Positions 35,398 to 47,446 of a stretch of 51,482 bases of DNA are shown here, in pieces. Where the stretch lies: contig JAHBMJ010000279.1 in assembly GCA_018398765.1 (NCBI GenBank), positions 1 to 51,482 of the forward strand, written 5' to 3'. Both the position numbers and the translations under genes were made by a program. Position 1 is the first letter of the stretch, and each line of letters begins with the position of its first letter. This stretch comes from Chromera velia. Lineage: Eukaryota. The notes under the pieces are model-generated. The model was not told the origin of the DNA and searched no databases. It saw nothing but the letters and a program-made list of their open reading frames with translations.

Positions 35398-38300
35398 CTA
35401 CACTGAAATGGACCCATCTCTAAAGTTGCTGGAACATATCCTCACATTTACTAAGGCGCACTTTCCCTTCTTGGCCTCCTGGAGTGCCGAATCGAGAGCC
35501 GTTCCGAGCTCTTGCTCCCTCTCTACCAGAAACCCCACGGCACCGAGACCCTCTGCGACCACGTCGTACCGAGTCGTCTTCCCCCCCTCTCTGCCCAAAA
35601 CACAGGCGGTGGACTCTCCCAAGATCCCCTGCAGGCACATGCACATGCACGCGCGGAGAGAAAAATTTTGTTTTTAGATTCAGTCGGGCACGGTGACTGG
35701 GTTTGTGCCCTAGAGAAAACAGAAGGGATACACGACCAGACAAATTAAGAAAACGGCAAGATGCATACATACTTAGACGCTTAGGCAGACAGGCAGCTAG
35801 TCATGCAGTCAGCAACAGCTAGAGAGAGCCGAGGTTGCATGCCCTGAATTTCTTTATGCCGATGGATGTTGGGACAAACCTACACACCTAACTGCCGAAC
35901 TCCGAGTTGCCTACCGCATGCACCCTTCAAATGCTTTCCCTCCCAGAAAGAACCTGCCTTCATGCATTGCCTCCTTCATTTCTTTACTAATACCCTCTTC
36001 CACACAGACAGCACAGCTCGCTCAGACTAGCTTTGACTTCAGTACTGCAATCTCCTCCCATTTTTCCTTCCATCCGGTCCCACCTCGCATGCAGGTTTAA
36101 AGCCCATGCAACCCCTCCCGTCTCCTCTCCTCCGGCCTACCTGTTGCTCCCTGAGAATTTGAGTCCATGCTTCATCGTTGCCCACCACGAACACCCCCCC
36201 CATTCCCTCCCGCACGAAGGTGTCCAGTTCCATGAGGGAGAAACCACACGCCCCGTCTCCCCACAACACCCACACTACACAGTCCGCACGAAGAGCGGCC
36301 TTCACACCCAAAGCAAATCCCCCCCCGACCCCAAGAGTTCCGAATACACCTGCAGGCAGCAGCATTGGTGCACATGCAGGCAGGCAGGCAGGCAGCAGAT
36401 GCATTCACACTCACTAAGCAGGTTATTTACGAACGGAAAAGGGCCATCTTCGGTTGATTGTCTCTTTTGGATGCATGACGCGATCGAGGAGACTGAAGCG
36501 TGGTTCAACAAAGAAAAGAAAAGAAAAAGAGTAGGAAGGAAGGAAGAAAGGAAGAAAGAAAGAAAGAAAAAAAAAAAAAGAATGAATGAATGAATGAAAG
36601 AAAGAAAGAAAGAAAGAAAGGAAGGAAGGAAAGAAAAGAAAGAAAGAAAGAAAGAAAGAAAGCAAGCAAGCAAAAAAGAAAGAAAGAAAGAAAAGAAAGA
36701 AAGAAAGAAGGAAGGAAAGAAAGAAAGAAAGAAAGAAAGAAAAGAACAAGAGATCTACCAACCAACCGACCGACCAACCAACCCACCAGGGTCCAGCCAC
36801 CCGAGGGCCCGTTGAGGTTTCACGACGTACGCAGCTGTACCAACAAAGTCGCCCCCGTCTGCAGGCATTTATTTTCATATGCATTTATTCTGTATAAAAA
36901 TTTGAATTCTGTATGCATTTATTTATTTCGAATTCTGTATGAAAATAAATGCAATCACGACGTACGCAGCTGTGCCGACAAAGTCTACAGCACAACCAGC
37001 AAGCCTCTCCTCTAGCTCCAATTCGTGCATGCAGTCAAGATTGTCGGACAGCAGCATCTCAACATGCAAGCATTGCATAAGCATTTGGTGCTTAATTCTT
37101 TCCAACGTTGGCAGCTGGGCAATAAGTATTTCATGCAGGCATGGCTTTCAAATTCCTCACAATACAAAGGGAGGATTTCAATGAGAAGGAAACGAATTCT
37201 GTATGAAAATGCATGCATGCAATGAGAAGGACAAACACGGGACGAGCGGGAGAAAGGAAAACCAACCGCTGTGAAAACTGAAGAGAAAAAAGAGAAGAGA
37301 AGAGAACGAAGAAAATGTAAAGGAATTAAGGGAGAGAAATGACCTTTCCGGGCAGAGTGAGTACGCGAGGGAGGAAAGAAAACAAAAACAAAGGAACGAC
37401 TCACCAGCGACTATGACAGAATTTCGGCACAGTCTCGCGTTCACTTCCATCGCCACTTTGATTGGGTGCACGAATTTCGATTCTGTCTCTGTGCTTTTGG
37501 ACTTGGGTTTCCCCACCTCTCCCATTTTCTCGGAATGGCCCGTACCCCCTGCAGCTGCTGAAGACTTTGAGTCGGCGGCTGTTGTTTTGCCTTTTTCTTT
37601 TTCGGAGGGGACGGCGAGACCGACGGAGTAGATTTCTCTGTCTCGCCCCTCTTCTGCTGCCTTTAGCTCGGCCATCCAAGCCGAGTCGCTCCGACTGAAC
37701 GAAAAAGAGAGACACGACTCTTCCTGTTTCTGCCGCTTCAGAAGAATCTCTGCTTCCTCAGCCAATCGGATCAAGAAGGCGCCAGGGTCACACACGCAGA
37801 CTTTAGAGGGCTGCCTGTTCATGCAGGCCTGCTCCCGTGATCTGTTGATGACAACCGTGGGGGTTCTGTTGGGAATCGAGAACCCGTACTGAAGACGAAA
37901 GTCAAACACAGCGCCAGCGAGAATAACGAGATCCGCTTTTGCTAGCGCAGCCCCCCTTCTGTGTCTGAACACAAGGTCCGTCTCTGCCTCTCTGCCGCCC
38001 AACAAGCCCCTTGCCATGCCGGCACAGAAGGTAGGAATGCGAAGAGTCTCGAGTGCCTTGACAAGTCTGAGCGTCTCACTCTCCTCAAAACAATCGGAGA
38101 CGACCTGAGACCCGAGTACGAGGACTGGCTTCTCGGCCGTCTGCAACATCTTCAACACACTGAGTACATCTCGATGATTAGGCCGAACGTCTACTGCCGG
38201 GTGGAGACGGACAGGCACAGGCACAGACAGGGAAGAGCCTTCGAAAAGTTGGGAAAGGTGTCTGGTCAGATACCACCGTGTTGCAACTGCTGCCAAGGAC

Positions 38301-39947
38301 CTGTTGCTTTGTTTGGGCATCATGGCCGTCATCTGCTTGACCACAACGGAGGGGGGCCAGAGAAGGTCCATGGGAAGCTCCACGAACACGGGGCCCTTCA
38401 GACCTGCAGGAAGGCAGGAAGGCATCAGGGAGAGGCAAAAAGAAACAAAGGAAGGAAGGAAGGAAGGAAGGAAAGAAGAAAGGCAGGAAGGAATGGGGTC
38501 ACTCGAAAGGAAGGTAGCACGATCGGGCAAGGAATTAAAAACAAAAAAGACAGACAATCTTCGTTCTTTATGCCTCGCGCGCACGTATAGAGGCAAGAAA
38601 AGGAGAGGAGAGAGGGAGGGAGGAACGAAACGGGCAAAATCGAAAGGCAGAGAGACAGGCAAGAGTACTTCGTTCCTTCCTTCCGTCCTAATGGTCAGCC
38701 GGCCGGCCGGGCTGCATGGCCATAGTGGTGCTCCAATGCCGCCGCCGCAAGGGCTGGCTGGCTGAAAGGAAGAGTCGCATGCGCAGGCAGCAAGTTTGGC
38801 ATGTGCACCTGCACTCCCTTCCTTTCCAAATAATGGACAGACAAATCAATACGCACGATGAAATGCACTTATAATTTTCGGCGCGCGCGGGCAGACAGGC
38901 AGGCAGACAGGCAAGGTCGTCTGACCTGTCTGGCACTCACGAATTGCCCTCTCAATCACGGGGCGGAGCTCCCTCACACTTCTGCACACAGACACAAGCA
39001 AGCAAGAAAGAAGGTGGAGTGATGTGGAGTGGCATGAATGAATGAATGAATAAATGAATGAATGAATGAATGAATGAATGAATAAATGAATGAATGAATG
39101 AATAAATGAATGAATGAATGAATGAATGAATAAATGAATGAATGAATAAATGAATGAATGAATGAATGAAGGAAGGAAGGAAGGAAGGAAGGAAGAAAGA
39201 GTCTGCGGATCGAATTCGGAGACCCTCTTTCCCTCCCATCCAAATTCGTCGACATCCATCCTTCTACTCCCACAGGCAGGCAGGCAGAAAGAAAAAAAGA
39301 ACGAACGAAACAAAAAAAAGCAACAAGGAAAGAAAGAGAAAGCAGGGTTGGGGGGGCAAAAAAAAGAAAAGGAAGCCCCAAATGCTGACTCACCGAGGTG
39401 AGGCATGCCACTTGACTGTGCTCTTCATGACCGAGACATGGTCAATGTCCTGCAGGCTCCCTCGCCCTTTCAGAATTGAACTCGTTGCTCCACCCAGGAT
39501 CAGCACGGGGCTCTGCGCCATCTGCGCGTTCTTCACGGCCGTCACAGTGTTGGTCACTCCCGGCCCTGCCGTCACCACTGCCACCCCGAGGCCCTTCAGA
39601 CGCCCCGTTGCGTCCGCAGCAAAAACCGCCGATGCTTCGTGTCGGACAGAAGTCACGCGCATTCCCTTCTGCTCTGCGCTGACGTACACGGGTGCAACGT
39701 GTCCTCCTGAGAGAACGAAGAGAGACGAGACGCCGTGTTCTTTCAACACCTCAGCCACGATCTCCCCCCCGGAAGGGAGGCCCTCGACTTCAGGAAGACG
39801 AACACCTTTGCGCCATTCACGAAACAAAAAAAAACCGGCAAGTCCGAGGCAACAACACCCAGCTGCAGGAAGAATAAAAGACGACCCAGACGGTATCAGA
39901 GGTTTCTCCGTCCACGAGGAGACGGGAAAGCAGTCAAGCAACATCAT
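35398..39947 (-). CDS. ILVBL: Acetolactate synthase-like / 2-hydroxyacyl-CoA lyase 2 (ThDP-dependent enzyme), 6 exons, ~706 aa
   Basis: Exons (minus): 39947-39394, 38981-38926, 38403-37405, 36858-36787, 36349-36141, 35628-35398 (2121 nt, in frame). Motifs [75 protein letters not shown], ThDP motif [13 protein letters not shown]-terminal FRDGSISV. The N-terminal hydrophobic anchor fits ILVBL rather than AHAS. Confidence 0.9.
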
Positions 39948-40651
39948 TTGTTGTTTAATTAGTTCCTGGATAATGGAATGCTCACATGAGGATTCAGAAG
40001 TGTCTTTCTGAGTTTCAGTAAAAAACAACCCATCAAATCAGCTTCATGGGACTCCGCGTCGGAATCTTCACATCATGCTTACTTGCGCGTATTGGGCGTT
40101 GGTATTACAATGGTATTACAATGTATTACACGATTTGATGATGTACGTATGCATGGCCTCAGTGCGGCGGCGCCGAAGGCGCCGCCGCGGGGCCTGCAGA
40201 GACCGATCAGAGACCGCCTCCGTCTGATTTTCTTCTGACGGTTCGGGGATGCATAGCACGTCCCAGCATACCGGCCGTAGACTGCTCGGCATTGGGAGTC
40301 GTGCCTAGACCTGTTTGCCTAGAGTCTATCCAGTCGGGTTGATTTTGCAACGACCTGCCTTGCTATCGCGTCTTTGCCTAGTATTTCTTCTATTTATACC
40401 ATCGAGCGCAATGCCTTCACCGCTTTTCTCCACCTTTGACTACGCCAGACTCAACTGTCGTACTTTCATCTGTCTTTTCTTTAAACTTTTCTTTCTCTGC
40501 AACCGCTGGCCTCTCCCCACCTGATGACTTCATTTTATTTCCTTCTTACTCCTTCTTTATTTCACTCCTTCCTTCACTCCCCGCTGGCGCCCCCTGCCCC
40601 CTGCCCGGGAACAGAGAACGCAGCCATGTCGCGAGCTAAGAGGGGTTCCAC

Positions 40652-43600
40652 CTAGAACGGGCCCCTCCGTCCCCTCCTCAAGTGAATAGAGGAGAGGACG
40701 TTTGCTGCAACAAATCTCTGCAAAGTGCAGGACAGAATTTTGAAGTACTGCTGCATGATACGGCCCTGCACTGCTGCAAAGTCTTCCCCCCCCCTCACTC
40801 TGCTTGCTGCATGATTTGCCACCACTGACAAAAACTCTACTGTCTTCTTCCCTGGTCTCCCACTGACAAAAACTAAAGGAACAAATTCGAGCCCCATCTC
40901 TTTGCAGATGGCTTTGTATTTTCTGTCCTTCATCATTTCCATGTCTCTGGCTGCTGCCCCTGCATAATTGGACATTCGACGCAGGCGGGCGGCCTCCACA
41001 GACATTGGATGGGTGACAGAAACGTCTTCGAGGTAGCTCTCTCCCGAAGGCATCCCCGACAAGAGGTTTGGTCTCTTTTGGCCTTCCTCTACCAGCCTGG
41101 TTGGGGTAGAAAGGCCTAGCTGTGCAAACGTACGCTCTCGTGACACGTAGGTATAGCGCACCCCTGACAAAATATTGCAGAATGCGTCTTTAACCTGTTC
41201 GTGCCTCCACCAGATCCCCCCCCCTGTTGCACATCTCTGTGCGTGGTGCCCCGCTAGGTCAAGCGGGAGGCCGCACGCACAGATGGGGTTTCTTTGAATT
41301 TCTGGCAGGTTCAGGCCCAATCGGAGGCGGAGTGCAACAAAAAACAAAGTCGGGGCGATGGTCGTCCAGTGAGATGAGGGCATAGCTGTCAGCCATGCAG
41401 ATGCCGGTCCCCCTGCGCAAGACCTTAGTCTCGCCCTTCCTGTTTCTGACTACTGCTGGAGGAGCAAATCCCTGCCATACCTGTTTAAAACTTGTGTCAT
41501 CTCATGCTGCTGCTGCTTTCCCTCTTCCTTTAACCACTTCTCTATCTGGCCTTCCCAATCGGTAGCTCGGGGGGATAAGAGGTGTTTGTGGGAAAGTTTC
41601 ACCTCCTTCACTCTTTCTCGTGCGTGCCTAAATGCTTGCTCACACATGCTTACCCATGGGAGCTGTCGGAGCTCCGCTGGCTGGAAAGAGTGGAATCCCT
41701 GCTCCCCGAGTCTAGTGTGCACAGCCCCGATTGTCTGTGCACAGCAGCCGACCACCGTGGCCAGGGCTGTTCGTTGGAAGTTAGGGATGCCGAGGCCTCC
41801 ATGTGAGAGAGGGAGGTGGGCTTAGGGGTGGACTGTTGTCCATTCTGCTGCTGTTAAATGCATGGTCTGGAGAAACAGCTCCCCCATCTCTCTGTCAACT
41901 CTACCCCACTCGTCCATCGAAATGCGTTCCCCCATAACTCTTGCCAGATATATGAGTTTGGGAAAAACACAGTATCTAAAAAGGAGGAAAGCACCTTGGG
42001 GGTCTCCGTACGCTTCTACTCTCTTTCCCGGCCTCACTGCTTCCGCAACTTTCTCTTTAAAAAGCCCCCCCACCAAAGGAGTCGTCACCTCCCGCTGCCC
42101 CCATGAGCTTGTACCCTGCTGTGTTGATCTCTAGCCCTGCTGAATGCTGTAGGGGGCAGTCCCGTAAACCCAGCCACGAAGGAGAATGCGCCGCGCTCTT
42201 CCCCTTCCCCAGATTCAGAGTCAAACCATACCCTTTTAGCAGCTCGCTGCAATCCTATCAGGCATCTATCAGAGCTAAGGGATGCAGGCCCGGAAACACC
42301 ACGGAGATGTCATCCATGTACGCTCCGATAAAACACCCCCTCCCCCCGTGTCTCGTTTGCAATCGTCTCTGTAACTGGTCTAGGACAGGTTTCAGTCCCA
42401 GACAGAATAGCAGGGGGCCTGCCACATCACCTTGCTGCACCCCTTCTTCACATTGGATCTTTTGTAACCGCCCCCCCTTATCACGAAAGAAAAGAGTTGC
42501 AGGTGCCCCATACCAAAGGGAGAAAAAGGAGTACAACTCAGGGAAATGTTTGTGAAGCTCATCCATCGCTGCCTGTCTGTCACATATGTTGAATGCGTTT
42601 TGTAAATTAAGCTGTAAGAGAACCGAGGAAGGAAATGACTGCAAACATGTCTGTACTGCATGAAAGAGTTTGTCTGTTCCGGCGCTTGTCTTTACTGCAA
42701 ACTGCAACGACCCCAAATGTTTTTCAAACCTGCCCCCGTACTGAATCAAAATTGCCTTTGTCACCCACCTCCGAAGAACGTCACCCACCACGATAGGTCG
42801 GATCTTGGTCCCCTTTGCATCCTTATTCAACGCAAAGCTTCGCCCTCCTACGAGGAGTTGCAGGAGCGCCGGAGGGGCGTTCCCTTCTGCTACTTGATGA
42901 GCGATGGCGATGAGTGGGCTCGAATGTCCGGACCCGTCTCCTAGAAGGAAGAAACGAATGTGCTCGTACCTCCAGCCTGTGAGTCCCTGTGCAGACCCAC
43001 GGGGGGCGGATTAGGCGGCTTAGAGCAACGAGTCGGCGGTGACTGCTAGGGGGGTAGTGGCTTCTTCTAAGGCACGTGTCGTGTAGGAGGCTGTGCATGG
43101 GGGGTTCAGCGCTCTCAACTTCTGGAACGTCCCTACAGTCGCTTTCGCCACCCCAAAAGACTCTAATCTTGATGCTGCTTTTGAGAGGGCCCCGTCAGCG
43201 ATGAGGCTCTTTACGTGCCTGCGCAACTCTTCCTGCTTCTCCCTTTTTGTCTTTCTCGGGCCTCCCTTCCCCCTCCTCCCTGTTCTGCGCTCGCGGAGCC
43301 TTACAATATCTTCCCTCAATTCCTTAATGAGTTCTGCAAAGTCCCCTTTCCAGAATGTTATGATTCTCCGCCTCCTTGCCGCTAGAGCAGCGCCTCCCCC
43401 CCTTCTGTCGGTTCGCAAGAAAATGGACAGAAAGTATGCTACACACTTCCATGCTCGCTGTGTAATGGCTAAGTCTCAGCTCTGGGTGCGGACTTCCAGC
43501 TCTTCTAAAATTGCAATCAGCGCGGGGCGGAGAGCCCCTGCCGGGCGCTTGTCTGTAGGGATGTCCAAATCATCTGGGGCTTGCTGCTCAATGTCGATTT

Positions 43601-44850
43601 CATCCCAGAATTTCCACCTTTCCTCCCACTGCTCGATGGTAGGGCCCTCTTTCACTTTCCTCCCTGAGCCCTCTTGCCCTCCATCTGCCCCATCCCCTGC
43701 ATCTCCCTCGCCCTCTTCCATCTCCGCTGCCTCAGCGTCTGCCGCGTTTGCTTCCGCTCTGATGGCTCTTGCTTCTTCACGATTCAAAATATCGTACAGG
43801 TCCCCTACGTCAGAGCCCCCCCCGTCGTCCTGGCCCAGTCGGCTAGAGGTGACCGAGTCAGTGTCTGAGCTGTCCCCTCCCTCGCTGACCGATTCTCCCC
43901 CTTCTCTCTCCAAATCGGTAACTCCTTACCGCAGTGGTATGCTCACCGGTGCGCTTGATGCTGCCGCTTGCCCTTGTATTCGTGTGGCCTGTTCTGCGTG
44001 CCGTTCTGCTTCGGTCATGGCCCTAGCCACCGGGCCCAGTCCGTTAGGAGGCAGGCTTCCCTTTCCCGCGGCCTCAGAGTTTGTTGCTACTGCTGCTGCT
44101 GCTACTGGGAATGAGGATGATGATGCAGCTGCTAGGAGCCCTTGGTTGCGCGCTGTATCCTCGTCCTCTTTCTCTCCTGCTGTATCTCTGTGGTTATGGG
44201 CTCCTCCTCTGCCCCCTCCTCTGCCTGTCCCTCCCCGGCCGTTTCTGCCACCTCCCCGACCTCTTTTTCCGCTTCTCCCTGACTGCACTTCCCCTTCTGT
44301 GGCTGCCAGGATGGGGTTATCCCAGCGATTGGTATTCTTATGACGCTTTCGTTTCGATGCTTCTGTTGGGGGGCCTTCCTCTGGCTGTTTCAGGCGCTCT
44401 TCCATCCTCTGCCATTCTATGTTTACGAGCCTGACGCTAGGGGGTAGCTCCTGTGGGCGCTCTTGGAGGGATCTTTCTCCATCAGTCATCTCTCCTTCCC
44501 CCTTGGCGGTGTGCGCGTCCGGGAAGAGCATGTCGAGTGTCGTACACCCCGCTGGGATGCTCCCTCCCTGCACTGGGCCTGCCCGTGTCCCCCCTGTCCC
44601 CATAGCCTGCTAAGCGCCCCCCTGTGGCGGTGCTGGCGGCGGCGCGGAAGTAGGGGGTCTGGACAGGGGGAGCGGCTGCGGCTGCACATCCGCGTTTGCG
44701 TCTGCCATCTCTTCATCTGCGGAGGAGGGCATGGACGGAGGGGCGGGGGGAGCCATGTAGTCTCCAGGTTGTGGTATATTTCCGTTGGCGATGTGAGCTG
44801 CTGTGTTGAGGCCTTCCTCGCCTCCAAGAGGGCCCCAAGCTCCTGCATTG
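40652..44850 (-). mobile_element. Degenerate non-LTR retrotransposon, CRE-like (reverse transcriptase + CCHC + restriction-like endonuclease)
   Basis: Collinear ORF fragments: RT motifs IRPIVVGDVLRR, QFAV, L(N)LQNAFN, GVQQGDVAGPLLF, YMDD; then CACG..LD..GHHAQRC..GG....RH, RP(N)LL, EDVSV, KDRKY, FVPLVF. Fragments 44610-45776, 43926-44603, 43476-43913, 43020-43418 and 42258-42830 share one frame; there is a frameshift near 42100-42250. The 5' boundary is uncertain (possibly to ~45800). Confidence 0.9.
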
Positions 44851-46894
44851 TGTAGTAGGGTGAGCTGCGGCTGAGGCGGTGGAGGGATTCGGAGTGTGAC
44901 GGTAAGGACTGTGAGGACTATGATGAGCTTCAGGGTAGGGGGCGGGTTCGGTCGGCAGCGGGGGGCGAGGAGATGAGGGAGCTTCAGTCTAGACTCGGTG
45001 AAAGAGCGGCAAGCCAGTCGGGTGATTCTTAGCGCAACTTGGGGCATTGTAGAAGGGTAGGGGTGGAGTGTAACGGGCTGAAGGAGGGGGGGCTGCCAGC
45101 TAGGAACAAACTTGGAGTCTCCTGGCGCGTCTGGCAGAGCCCGGGGAGAAGAGGCTGCAAGGAGGCGTTTGTTCGCTACTCTCGCCTGTCGCCACGGAGC
45201 CCGCCTTCTTCGATTCTGCTTGGCTTGCTCTATGCGGGCTGCTCTGCATGAGGGGGGAGTAAGGAATCCGACAAGCTTAGGGGCTGTCCAAACGAGGGCT
45301 GCATTGGTGTACGCTTCTGCTTCTGTTATGTGATAGGGATCCTGTTCTCGCAGAAGCGCTGGGGACTTCCCGCACCGAAACCGCTGGTGGAGACGTCTTG
45401 GGGGCCAGGCGTTCCTGCTGGTGCCTAAGACCCATCCCCCCGTCCTAAACTTTGGGAAAGCTCCCTCGCCTTCGAGTGAGGTTCTCATGAGGCATGGCGC
45501 CTCCCACTGCCACCGTCCACGGATGCCGAGTAGGCTGCTAGGTGGAAAGCTCTCCCCCCTCCCGGCCCCTGGTTGGCTCCCCTGCACGGAGGCAGCATCG
45601 TGCACTGCCAGAGAATGAGAAACGATGAGGGAGGCAACAAGCGAGAGACAGACAGCGCAAGCGAACATGCGAGTGACTGACCGCTTTCCCCGTGTGCTCC
45701 CACGGGTGAACTTATATTTGTCATGTGGACGTGCCCAGAGGAGATGATGTTGGGCAGCGTCCACGCAGAGCTCCATTCCCGCCTCTAATATCTGCGCTGT
45801 GGTGTAAAGAATTCCCTACAGCGTCAGACCCGCCTAGACAAAGTGGCAGAGGGCTGTGAAGACGTCCGCCCAGAGGACGGGAAGCACAACTACTTCGACA
45901 AAGACTACAACAAAAGATATCGAGTTCAGAAGTGCGGCTGTCAAGTGATCAACAGTATAAACAAAATTTCCAAAGAGACAAAGGATGGAAAAGATACTTT
46001 TATAGCACGGGGCTGCTGCTGCGCTTGCGTACCGAGGAAGTCGTGCAAGGCCAGCCAGAAGCAATACAGTTCCCGGCAAGATCAAGAGGCCCTGGTTGCA
46101 TTGGTGGTCAGACAGAGAAGTGAGCAGACTGAAGAGGAGTTCCTCCGCCCTTGCCACCCCTGCTGTCCAAGGGTCTCTCACCTCTACCATGGCGCCTTCA
46201 GAGAAGGGTGAGAGGTGAGCCAAGACAGCGACGACCGGTGCCGTGATCCAGCTCTGCGATATTGACTCCAGGAGGTGGAAGAGGAATCCGTTTATTGTCT
46301 CCAGCCCTGACCGCCAGATGTGCACTATCTGAGCAGCCGTTTAGAAGGGCGCAAAGCAGCAACGGTGGATTTCTTTGGCCACACTGCCTAAGTCCGTCTG
46401 TCTGGCCCCTCTCAGTGCTCCCAGAGTGCATTCTAGGATCAATCGGACCGAGAAGGGCAGACAGCTCAAAAGGAGACGGCCCACTCTCTGTGAGGGTGAG
46501 TGGCCGTCTCCGTTCTTACCCATTTCTGGGCCTCTTTTCAAACGAGATGTACCGTTCTGATTCTTTTTGGAAGTCGGTTTCAGAGGTTGGGCAGAACCTT
46601 GCGTATTTAAAATGTGATTCGGTGACAGAATGGATCAGAATGGTGACAGATCAAATGGGCACAGTGTCCATCAATGTCCCGAGGGTAGAAGACGTAGACA
46701 TATCGCTTCTCTTCATCTTACTCACCCACATAATATGAAAGGATCGGAATGAATTGATGAAACGGTCCTAACGGTAGTCAATCAATCAGCGTCAATCTGT
46801 CCTCAGCGCTGAAAAAAAACAAGGAGAGCCTCTGTCTCCACTGTCATCATAGCTTGTCGTTCTTTCTGGCATTGAATTAAATTTAAAAGAGTCG

Positions 46895-47446
46895 ATGTCC
46901 GTTATAGATATTAATAGAGCGTCCATAGATGAGCCATTGAAGGACCAGTTGTTCGGGGGTCGCGAACCAGATCCGGAGACCACCTTGAGTGTTCTGGGTC
47001 TGACCGACTGGACAAATAAAGGCATCATTGAGGAAGAGTTTCCCTTCGATGACAATGAAATCGATGTAGACGACCCGACGTACTGAGACTGCGTCCAGAA
47101 ATTTGTCGAGAACAAGACGCGGCCATACGCACGATTTCGGCACATCCACATCGGTACGGTGGAAAAGGATGAGGATGAGGTCAAGCATGTTGCTGTAGGG
47201 ACGCTCGCGATCTTTTTGCGCATACGAATGGGAGGCGGCAATCGTGACCAGTATTGCTGTGTGTTCGACATCCTGAAACACCATCCTCTTTACCTCTGCG
47301 ACTATGACGACTCTTTCGACCCAACATATGGCTGGATTCTGTTCAGGCTCACGGAAGAAGTGGTCAAAGAGATCAACGAGCGACTCAACTTCAAGGAGCA
47401 AAAAGTGACAAAAAGCGAGACCGAAGAGACCAAAGTGCCAGTCTAG
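46895..47446 (+). pseudogene. Orphan acidic ORF (~183 codons) with one in-frame TGA
   Basis: ORFs 46895-47086 and 47159-47446 are in the same frame, separated only by TGA at 47084-47086 (PTY*DCV). Protein-like composition with RMGGGNR..HPLYLCDYDDSFDPTY. Confidence 0.55.

Noticed and set aside
35398..39947. Calling the ThDP enzyme a biosynthetic acetolactate synthase (ilvB)
   Set aside because: The [16 protein letters not shown] motifs and N-terminal anchor match the ILVBL/HACL2 subfamily.
43093..44343. 416-aa plus-strand ORF
   Set aside because: Antisense shadow of the GC-rich retrotransposon ORF, with no independent motifs.
40652..44612. Alternative genetic code (TAA/TAG = Gln) to explain the in-frame stops
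   Set aside because: TGA stops, a frameshift and Asp>Asn catalytic changes also occur, and a host gene (ILVBL) ends on TAG; mutational decay is simpler.
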